Assembly (NCBI GenBank): GCA_023128895.1
Contig: JAGMDC010000003.1
Span: forward strand, 2,254 to 66,253
Direction of reading: 5' to 3'
DNA length: 64,000 nucleotides
Origin: Candidatus Parcubacteria bacterium
Lineage (GTDB): Bacteria > Patescibacteriota > Minisyncoccia > Minisyncoccales > JAGMDC01
Part shown: piece by piece, positions 56,743 to 64,000 of the stretch
Layout of the letters: each line of letters opens with the position of its first letter
Position numbering within the stretch: the stretch's first letter is position 1
Notes under the pieces: generated by a model
Database searches by the model: none
Told to the model about the DNA's origin: nothing
Seen by the model: the letters and a program-made list of their open reading frames with translations, nothing else
Translations under genes and position numbers: made by a program

Positions 56743-57708
56743 CTAATTTTTTTCAGCTAAATATTTTTGTTTATTATATTTTTCCAACTGCTCCCTAACT
56801 TTCTTTTCCATTTTCAAACGAGAAACATTGCCGGCGTTTTGTAAAATTTCTTTGTCATTCAAAATCAAAAAATCGTCCAGTTTTTTAATCCAATTTTTCA
56901 TATACATCACTCTTTGCTCTACACTCTGCAATTCCGCGAAAGATAAAAATTGCTCTACTAATAAATTTAATCTTTTCAATTCTAATTCTTGTAAATAATT
57001 TTTAGCGATTTCTGCCTGTTCGCGGGTAATAATCTCGCCTTTCCAATTTGTAAGTCCCAAATTCTCTTTTTTGTTGTCAATTCTATTATTAACAATTTCC
57101 GCCGCGGTCAAACCAGTAATCGCAAAATGAAATTTATTCTGCACCATTGCGAAAAATTGTTTGGCGTAATCGGTTTTGGAATTATAATCCGCGCTGGTAG
57201 CAAAAACATCTCTCACTTTTTGATAAAAATTAGCCTCCGAAGTTCTGATTTTTCTAATCCGCTCTTCCCATTCTCCAAAATATGTTTTTGCCACCCGACC
57301 CTCCGCTAATCGTTCATCATCCATTGTGAAACCTTTAATAATATAATCTCGCAATTTTTGCGTCGCCCATATTCGGAACTGCGTGCCGCGAAGAGATTTT
57401 ATGCGATAACCTACTGAAATGATAACATCCAAATTGTAACAATCTATATCTCTTACCACCTCTCTACCACCCTCTTTTTGAACTATCCGGAATTTCCGGA
57501 TAGTTGAATTTTCTACTAATTCTCCTTCTGAAAACATATTTTTAATATGCTCATTTATTGTTCTCATATCTTTGTCAAAAAGCTCTGCCATCTGTTTTTG
57601 GCTAAGCCAAACCGTCTCGTTTTCCAGCCGAACTTCAATTTTTGTTTCTCCGTCTTCGGTGTTATAGATAATAATTTGATTATTTTTTTCTTTTCGATTT
57701 TTGGTCAT
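56743..57708 (-). CDS. rhuM: RhuM-family protein
   Basis: IIIYNTEDGETKIEVRLENETVWLSQKQMAELF ... VISVGYRIKSLRGTQFRIWATQKLRDYIIKGF is characteristic of RhuM. Confidence 0.85.
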   Translation of the reverse strand: MTKNRKEKNNQIIIYNTEDGETKIEVRLENETVWLSQKQMAELFDKDMRTINEHIKNMFSEGELVENSTIRKFRIVQKEGGREVVRDIDCYNLDVIISVGYRIKSLRGTQFRIWATQKLRDYIIKGFTMDDERLAEGRVAKTYFGEWEERIRKIRTSEANFYQKVRDVFATSADYNSKTDYAKQFFAMVQNKFHFAITGLTAAEIVNNRIDNKKENLGLTNWKGEIITREQAEIAKNYLQELELKRLNLLVEQFLSFAELQSVEQRVMYMKNWIKKLDDFLILNDKEILQNAGNVSRLKMEKKVREQLEKYNKQKYLAEKN

Positions 57709-57751
57709 AAGTTTATAATGTCTAATTGTTCACAAAGAAATTGTTGAGATA

Positions 57752-58441
57752 TTAAAAATTCGTTTTTGCATCTCCATAAATTCCAGTTTTATAAGTCTGA
57801 ACATTTAATAAAAAATCAAAATGATATTTCTGACTAAAATCACTTTTTATTTTTCTCACTAATTTTTGAAAATTAGAAGGGTCGGCTGGTTGATTGTAAG
57901 TAAAAATCCAAATAATCCCTTTATCATTCAAATTTTCACCCTTATTCTTTTGCTCTTTCGTAGACTTTATTTGTTCTAAAGATTTTTTTACTTTCTCGTT
58001 TATTCTTTTTTCCCCAATAGAAGAAACAAACTTAGCCTCACAATATATACAGAATTCGCCTAGTAATAATTCGAAATCACACATTTGAACATTTGATTCA
58101 GTCAATTTGGTTAATACTTTATTATTTAGCTTGTATCCCCTTATTATATGCTTTGCTAAATCAATTTCAGCAAAATGATCTCCTACTTTTTTGACAGCCT
58201 GCTCTTCTGATAATGAAACGCTTAATTCATTTTTAAATCCTAACAAGGTTTCGAAATTTTTAATGCATCTGTCATATTCCATTATTAATTTCTTGTCATC
58301 TTGTATAAAACCTTCCCAATCATTTTTTAAAAGCATAACAACCTCGCTGTTGCTTTTTGTAATTGCTAAAAATTGATCTAATGAATTTTGTGCTATTGCC
58401 TTGAGATATCTAAGTCGTTTATTATTTTTTTCATTTTTCAT
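57752..58441 (-). CDS. hypothetical 229-aa protein with a possible PD-(D/E)xK nuclease motif
   Basis: CDFELLLGEFCIYCEAKF (D-x12-E-x-K). The ATG at 58441 overlaps the end of a mod remnant. The track start at 58450 is GTG. Confidence 0.5.
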   Translation of the reverse strand: MKNEKNNKRLRYLKAIAQNSLDQFLAITKSNSEVVMLLKNDWEGFIQDDKKLIMEYDRCIKNFETLLGFKNELSVSLSEEQAVKKVGDHFAEIDLAKHIIRGYKLNNKVLTKLTESNVQMCDFELLLGEFCIYCEAKFVSSIGEKRINEKVKKSLEQIKSTKEQKNKGENLNDKGIIWIFTYNQPADPSNFQKLVRKIKSDFSQKYHFDFLLNVQTYKTGIYGDAKTNF

Positions 58442-58586
58442 AAAATTCACTATTTAATTTCTTATCTCCTTCGCTCACTTTAAAATCTCTGTCCTTAATC
58501 TCACTCAAATTTACATAAAGCTGATTTTTGTTAAGGATATCAAAAAGGGAACGTTTTTGTTTGGCAACGGGAAGTTTTTTAAATTC
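58431..58586 (-). pseudogene. remnant 2 of a Type III mod 3' end (51 codons plus stop)
   Basis: Translates as EFKKLPVAKQKRSLFDILNKNQLYVNLSEIKDRDFKVSEGDKKLNSEFYEK-stop. 41 of 51 residues are identical to the Mod C-terminus. A TAG lies immediately upstream. Confidence 0.85.
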
Positions 58587-58637
58587 CTATCAGCCGTGTT
58601 TTTAAAATTCTTCGGTGATTAGTTTTTGGATTTGATA

Positions 58638-59378
58638 TTATAATCGCCTCTCTAATAATTTTTTTTGGTCTCCCTGTAATACTTGTTCGTTAGGATTTTC
58701 CCAGCCAAAAAATTGAAAAGTTTTTATTACTTTTTCAAGTGAATAAAAATCAAATTTAGCTATCAAATCGTCTTTCTTGTATATTTCAGAAAAAGGTATC
58801 TTTCCGTTATCAAAATTACATATATAAGGCGACCATAAATCCCTGTCCCGGTCCCAAGTAAATAACAATCTATCTTTTACATCATTCAATTCTATTATTA
58901 TTTCAAATTCGTTCACATCTTCATATTCTTTCAACTGAGCCAAGTTAGATGCAAACAAATATATTTCAGTAAATTTATAAACGGTAGATACCGTTTCAAA
59001 AAATTTATTTATATCTTTAGCTTTATCTTTATTAAAAGCAAAATCGGATTTTATTTCATCAGCTTTTTGTTTATCAATAATATAATCTTCCTTCATAGAA
59101 AAAATATGCGCGAATTGTCCGCTTGTTATAAATTCCCAATACTCAATATACCCCTCAAACTTACATTCATTGCTTATCGCATTCTGCTCTATAATTTTAA
59201 TATCATTCCTGCTTATATGTGGATAATACCAACCACGCAAACGCACCTGATTATCTTCAATAATTTTCGCTAATTCTGAAATATCAAAACGATCAACCCT
59301 ATAAAAAGGTTGAGTAGGTCTAATTACTACTCGCCAATATCCCTTTTGCTTAATTATTTTTTTTATATCTTCGTTCAT
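58638..59378 (-). CDS. hypothetical 246-aa protein, translationally coupled to the AlbA_2 gene
   Basis: ATGA overlap with the upstream gene. No motif recognised. Confidence 0.55.
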   Translation of the reverse strand: MNEDIKKIIKQKGYWRVVIRPTQPFYRVDRFDISELAKIIEDNQVRLRGWYYPHISRNDIKIIEQNAISNECKFEGYIEYWEFITSGQFAHIFSMKEDYIIDKQKADEIKSDFAFNKDKAKDINKFFETVSTVYKFTEIYLFASNLAQLKEYEDVNEFEIIIELNDVKDRLLFTWDRDRDLWSPYICNFDNGKIPFSEIYKKDDLIAKFDFYSLEKVIKTFQFFGWENPNEQVLQGDQKKLLERRL

Positions 59379-60007
59379 ATTTTTAATTCTTTATCAAAAG
59401 GATTAACCCCTTTGCCCTTAATAATTGAATAGCGGCGAAGTGTTTCTTTTTCAAATTTTTTATAAGTTCGCTCAATCAATTCCTGCCATTCATGTATTGT
59501 AGATATTTCTTTATTTCCAATATTTGACTTATTTCTTATATAAAGCGCTCCTGTCCTCAAGCTAATATTATTATTAAAAGCTTGGATACTTTGATTTTTT
59601 AATTCTTGATTCCCTATATAAACCAATGGAAACTCTTTGCTTTCTGAAACCTGAATAAACACAAACTTTTTTACTTTTTTATCTTTAGTATCTAAATGTT
59701 CAAATTTTTCAACTTTACACTGAATCGGCTGATTACCCCTGCCTGTGAGATATTGATTGATTTGATCGTGTGAATATGAATTATAATTATTATCATCAAG
59801 ACCCTCTCGTGTGCCATCGTCTTTTGCTCCTACTACAATAATCCCACCGCCTCGCTCATTAGATAAAGCAAAAATAGTTTCTACTATTTCAAGCATTTTC
59901 ACCCTGTCAGACCAAGCAACATTACCTTTATATTCAAGATAAACTTCTTCTTTACCGTGATACAGAGCGATTTTTAAATTTTCTGGAATATCGTTTATAT
60001 AACTCAT
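59375..60007 (-). CDS. AlbA_2 (Schlafen-like) domain protein
   Basis: EEVYLEYKG ... IVETIFALSNERGGGIIVVGAKDDGT matches the AlbA_2 E-x-L-E-[FY]-K ... AfaN..GG.l..GV.D.G pattern. The ATG at 60007 is preferred; the track start at 60052 lies in a mod remnant in another frame. Confidence 0.7.
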   Translation of the reverse strand: MSYINDIPENLKIALYHGKEEVYLEYKGNVAWSDRVKMLEIVETIFALSNERGGGIIVVGAKDDGTREGLDDNNYNSYSHDQINQYLTGRGNQPIQCKVEKFEHLDTKDKKVKKFVFIQVSESKEFPLVYIGNQELKNQSIQAFNNNISLRTGALYIRNKSNIGNKEISTIHEWQELIERTYKKFEKETLRRYSIIKGKGVNPFDKELKI

Positions 60008-60011
60008 ATAT

Positions 60012-60110
60012 TTATTTTCCATAAAACCCCTCGTTAATCCTTTTATCTCCATCGCCGACCTTAAAATCTTTATCCTTAATCTCGCTTAAATTTACATAAA
60101 GTTGATTTTT
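60012..60110 (-). pseudogene. remnant 1 of a Type III mod 3' end (32 codons plus stop)
   Basis: Translates as KNQLYVNLSEIKDKDFKVGDGDKRINEGFYGK-stop. 26 of 32 residues are identical to the Mod C-terminus. The stop is followed by 4 nt and then the ATG of the next gene, as at the real mod end. Confidence 0.85.
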
Positions 60111-60155
60111 AAAATCGCTATTAAATTGCTCGTAAAAAAATTACTGGGGCACAAT

Positions 60156-61961
60156 TTATGAAAATTTTTTGGAGACAAACTGAAAAATTTTTTCGAATTT
60201 TTTAAGCGTACCGTCGTTTAACTTAAAATCTCTGTTATTAATAAACAAATCTTGTATTGCAGTATTAAATTTTGATTTATTAAAACCGGTTTCTTTTTTG
60301 TGCTCTGGAAATAAATTTTGTATAATTTTAATTTGTTCGCTATCAGTAAACAGATCTTCAGTTTTTAAATTATCAAACTTTTTATCAATGTCTTGAAGAA
60401 TAAAAATCTTTTTTTCTAATTCAATGCCAATGTCATTTATATATCTTTTTTGTTCTTTTCGTCCTTGATTGTCTGCGTCAAATATGGCTATAAATTTTTT
60501 ATTCCAAGATAAATATAACCTAAAAAGTTCATCATATTTTGAAACTCCTGCACCGGGATAAAAATTTAAATCAAACTTATTTTTAAAAAACTTATTCTGA
60601 ATATATTTGAAAGTATAATAATCATTTTTCCCCTCAGTACACACTATATTAGGAATTTGTTCTAAATCACTGGGACAATAATGTATCGAATCTAATATGG
60701 GCTGAAAATAATCTTTTTCATCAGGATATCCGGCAACAAAATTTTTATACAATATCGCTTTGATATCGGTTTTGCTTTGATTAAATGCTTCGTCGTTTTT
60801 ATAATTAATAGCTTCATTTTTTATGATATAAGTACCTGATAAAAATTTTGGGTTGATCAAATGATGGCTGTGTGTAGAGTAAATTAACTTACATTTATCA
60901 GTAAGTTTTTCGAATAAATTAAGTAATTTTTTCTGTGAATACTGATGTAAATTGCTTGCAGGTTCATCTAATAAAAACAAAGTTTCTCCTTTATCGTCTG
61001 CTCTTTCTTTTCTAAATTCGGTAAAAATTAAAAAACTAAAAAACCATCGAAAACCGAGGCTTCTTTCTCTTATATAATATCTATCAGCACCTTGTTTAAT
61101 TTTTAACTCTATATAATACCCCTTATTGTCTTGACCAGTTATTAACTCTATTTGCTTGTTGCTTTTTTCAAATATTTCTTCCCAACTTTTAAAAATCTTA
61201 TTTGTTAATTTTTCACTAACCTGTCCCAATAATGCATCTAGAGCTTCCTTGTCTTCACTTTCACTACTTTCTAACCTATTTAAAATATGGTCATTAACTA
61301 TTAAAGTGTTGTCAACTGAATTTAATATATCTTGCAATACTGCTCGGTATTCTTCCTGCTCAATACTCTCGCCTTCATATTTTTCTAAATAAATTTTTTG
61401 CGGAAAATCAAATAGAAAATTTTCATAATAAACGATCTTTGGAAAAAGATTTTCTTTTATTTTTTTAATGACTTTAATCCATTTATCTCTATCTTTATCA
61501 TATAAGCGACTATCCTTTTTAGCTCTTTCTTTTTTACCCAATAAATTAATATTCCAAGTCGAACTAGGAGACTCTTCTTCGCATTTAGAATTTTTAAATT
61601 TATACTCTTTTGTATAAATTATCTGTCCAACATCTTGAGCTAAAATAAAGCGTCTTTCGCCATTATTTTTTTCATTGCAAAATTTTTTTATTTCTTTCTC
61701 GTCTTCAGCATCTAATTCTAATGTTGCAAGAACGGATATGCTACCATTAAAATTTCCTTTTTTGCTTTTATGTATCATTTCGTGTGCATGATCTCTGTTA
61801 ATATTATTATGTAAAAGATTTATTGCTTCCAGTATAGAGGTTTTTCCACTTTCATTTAAACCGACGAAGGTAAAAATATTCGCTTTTGGTAATTTTGTTA
61901 AATCTATTTCTATTTTTTCTATTCCTTTATAATTTTTTATTGTAAATTTTGTATATTTCAT
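60156..61961 (-). CDS. OLD-family-like ABC ATPase with a C-terminal Toprim-like domain
   Basis: Walker A GLNESGKTS, signature-like SLGFRWFF, Walker B LFLLDEPASNLH, and H-loop STHSHH. C-terminal VCTEGKNDY ... AIFDADNQG (E...DxD). Confidence 0.75.
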   Translation of the reverse strand: MKYTKFTIKNYKGIEKIEIDLTKLPKANIFTFVGLNESGKTSILEAINLLHNNINRDHAHEMIHKSKKGNFNGSISVLATLELDAEDEKEIKKFCNEKNNGERRFILAQDVGQIIYTKEYKFKNSKCEEESPSSTWNINLLGKKERAKKDSRLYDKDRDKWIKVIKKIKENLFPKIVYYENFLFDFPQKIYLEKYEGESIEQEEYRAVLQDILNSVDNTLIVNDHILNRLESSESEDKEALDALLGQVSEKLTNKIFKSWEEIFEKSNKQIELITGQDNKGYYIELKIKQGADRYYIRERSLGFRWFFSFLIFTEFRKERADDKGETLFLLDEPASNLHQYSQKKLLNLFEKLTDKCKLIYSTHSHHLINPKFLSGTYIIKNEAINYKNDEAFNQSKTDIKAILYKNFVAGYPDEKDYFQPILDSIHYCPSDLEQIPNIVCTEGKNDYYTFKYIQNKFFKNKFDLNFYPGAGVSKYDELFRLYLSWNKKFIAIFDADNQGRKEQKRYINDIGIELEKKIFILQDIDKKFDNLKTEDLFTDSEQIKIIQNLFPEHKKETGFNKSKFNTAIQDLFINNRDFKLNDGTLKKFEKIFQFVSKKFS

Positions 61962-61965
61962 AATT

Positions 61966-63978
61966 TTAATTTTTATAAAACTCCTTATTTATCTTCTTAT
62001 CTCCCTCCCCGACCTTAAAATCCTTATCCTTAATCTCGCTTAAATTTACATAAAGCTGATTTTTATTGAGCAGGTCAAAAAGAGTGCGTTTTTGTTTGGC
62101 AAGCGAGAGTTTTTTAAATTCGTCAATTGTCTCGTCAAACTTTTTGATATCAACATTATAATTCAAAAAACTTTTCTTTTTCATTTCTTCCCAAATTTTC
62201 AAAAATGTTTTTGTATCTTTGGCTTTCTGAATTTTCTTTACAAACAGCTCATTATATTTCATCAGTTCGCAATAAACAAAATCACCTCCACCTTTCCAAT
62301 CAACTATCTTGGAAATTCCAGTTTGGTCGCCATTGAGAACATTATTCAATCTTACTTCTACATTGTTCTTTCCGTAATCAAGTTGTTCGACTCCAACATA
62401 TTGACGACCCATTTTGTGTGCAACTGTACAAGTTGTTCCTGTCCCTACAAAAAAATCCAAAACTAAATCATCATTTTTTGTGACTAAATCTATAATTAAT
62501 CTAAGTAATTCTTCTGGTTTCTTGCCATACTTTAATTCAACCCTACCCTCACCTGCAATTCCCTGCCATAAATCTTTTGTAATTATATTTGATATTTGCT
62601 CTAATTTAACCACAACTTTTTTTCTTCCATTTTGTTTTATCTCGGCATTTTCATTTAAAAAGAGAATTCCTTCTTTTTTATAGACATAATATTTCATTTT
62701 CTGATCTTTATATTTTCCTTTTGACGGAGTATGGTAATAAGAAAATAGACCATTATCAGGTATTAATTCTCTTATTTTTCTCTCAATTCCACCTGAAAGA
62801 GTCGCTGTTCTAAAAATTTTGACAAAATTTTTAACATAAAAGTTTTCTATACTCCCGACATTCTTTAGATTGATTTTTTCAATTTTGTAATCATTCATTC
62901 TTCTTATTTCGATTTTTCTAGTTTGTGTTTGAAATGTTCCGACTATATCTCCTTCTTCGCCTTCTGATTCAAAAAGTAAATTATAACTTTCAATTGTCTT
63001 TGACTTTTCATTCACAACTTCCTTCTCAACGGAATTATTATAAGGTTCAACTTTGTTATTTCTGCCATAAATTAGTATATTTTCCTTAATGTCAAAGATT
63101 AATCCTCCTGTAGCCACACCAGAGGGCGCCTTAACTTTTATTGCCATACTTGAAATAAAATTCTCTCGTTTGAAAACTTCGTCCATTAAAACCTTTAAAT
63201 AAGCATGTTCTCTATCATCACATTGCACAAAAATAACTCCGTCGTCCATTAATAATTCTCTGGCAACTTCTAACCTATTTTTCATAAAAGTCAACCAAGT
63301 AGAATGATTGAAACTATCATTATATTGAAAATCTCCATTGATATTATAAGGAGGATCAATATAGATAAGTTTTACCTTATTTTGAAATTGTTGTTTAAGA
63401 GAATGAAGCGCTAAAAGGTTATTTCCTTTGATAATTAAATTTTCCCGAATTGTGCCGTCCTTATCTCTTTTTAATTCTTTAACTTTTTCTTCGCCTTTTT
63501 GAGTATATCTTTTCCAATTAGTTAAAACTTTTGGTGAAAATAATTTGTCAATTTCGTCTTGCGCTAAAATTTCATTGAAAAATATCTCTTTTCGTTTTTC
63601 ATCTTCTTTCGTCATTCCGCCCTCCAATACACAATCCTTAAATGGCCAAACAAGAGCTACTTCATTGCGTTCGTTTAAAAATTTTTCGTCAATATTAAGC
63701 CCGATTTTATTCCTGTATTTTGTATAAGAATCAGCCAAAAAGTTTTTATCAGAAATGTATGCCACAAAATCATTGATATTAAAAACCAATGCGTCTTTTA
63801 TTTTGCTAAAAAACTTGTTCTTAAACTCTTTTTGCGAAAGCAAAACCTCAATCAACTTTTTATCCGCTTTATAAGCCGCGTCAATTACATTACTTTTCAA
63901 TAAATCTCCCTCTCGATCAATAAAACGAGAGTCATTTTTAAGTAATTTTTCTAATTTTGAATAAAATTTTTGTAGCAT
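61966..63978 (-). CDS. mod: Type III R-M DNA methyltransferase Mod (N6-adenine, beta-class order)
   Basis: Motif IV IYIDPPYN precedes motif I DFFVGTGTTCTVA. Length is 670 aa. Confidence 0.9.
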   Translation of the reverse strand: MLQKFYSKLEKLLKNDSRFIDREGDLLKSNVIDAAYKADKKLIEVLLSQKEFKNKFFSKIKDALVFNINDFVAYISDKNFLADSYTKYRNKIGLNIDEKFLNERNEVALVWPFKDCVLEGGMTKEDEKRKEIFFNEILAQDEIDKLFSPKVLTNWKRYTQKGEEKVKELKRDKDGTIRENLIIKGNNLLALHSLKQQFQNKVKLIYIDPPYNINGDFQYNDSFNHSTWLTFMKNRLEVARELLMDDGVIFVQCDDREHAYLKVLMDEVFKRENFISSMAIKVKAPSGVATGGLIFDIKENILIYGRNNKVEPYNNSVEKEVVNEKSKTIESYNLLFESEGEEGDIVGTFQTQTRKIEIRRMNDYKIEKINLKNVGSIENFYVKNFVKIFRTATLSGGIERKIRELIPDNGLFSYYHTPSKGKYKDQKMKYYVYKKEGILFLNENAEIKQNGRKKVVVKLEQISNIITKDLWQGIAGEGRVELKYGKKPEELLRLIIDLVTKNDDLVLDFFVGTGTTCTVAHKMGRQYVGVEQLDYGKNNVEVRLNNVLNGDQTGISKIVDWKGGGDFVYCELMKYNELFVKKIQKAKDTKTFLKIWEEMKKKSFLNYNVDIKKFDETIDEFKKLSLAKQKRTLFDLLNKNQLYVNLSEIKDKDFKVGEGDKKINKEFYKN

Positions 63979-64000
63979 ATTATTTTACATTAACTTATTC

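Noticed and set aside
60156-61961. The OLD-like ATPase-Toprim protein as GajA of a Gabija system.
   Set aside because: No UvrD-like helicase (GajB) gene is adjacent. The neighbours are mod and an AlbA_2 gene, so I report it only as OLD-like.

Overview
This is an AT-rich, gene-dense bacterial window that looks like a Candidate Phyla Radiation (Patescibacteria-type) genome. All calls come from reading motifs by eye in the supplied ORF translations and the DNA; no searches were run, and repeat boundaries are good to a few bp.

Housekeeping content:
- Bacterial ribosomal proteins L27 and L9.
- Scattered cell-wall and division genes: murD-ftsW, murG, mraY plus a D-Ala-D-Ala carboxypeptidase, murC, and uppS.
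- gltX, aspS, pyrG, mnmA, tpiA, gap, archaeal-type apgM and acs.
- A glycan-modification cluster, a Ca2+ homeostasis cluster, and one tRNA-Lys(UUU).
- I found no rRNA, CRISPR array, transposase or prophage.

Main observations:
1. At 54.1-64.0 kb, a Type III restriction-modification operon has mod and res separated by about 5.2 kb of co-oriented passenger genes. These are an OLD-like ATPase-Toprim protein, an AlbA_2/Schlafen-like protein translationally coupled to a 246-aa unknown, a 229-aa unknown with a PD-(D/E)xK-like motif, and RhuM. Each of the first three passenger blocks directly follows a Mod C-terminal coding end: one real and two in-frame remnants. This suggests defence cassettes were stacked by recombination at the mod 3' end.
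2. A roughly 6-kb island at 38.58-44.59 kb is flanked by 61-bp direct repeats that duplicate the gap 3' end.
3. There are three interspersed repeat families. One is a modular hairpin element that ends exactly at the ATG of at least four genes. Another is a 36-bp GC-rich palindrome found nested inside a second repeat and also twice in tandem, in frame, inside mnmA.
4. Several archaeal-flavoured genes sit on this bacterial contig: a TFB/TFIIB homolog, Elp3, a Dph6-like PP-loop ATPase, a small EF-Tu-domain-2-like protein, and apgM.
5. A catalytically degenerate Xer-like recombinase with an extra C-terminal domain is paired with an intact Xer recombinase.
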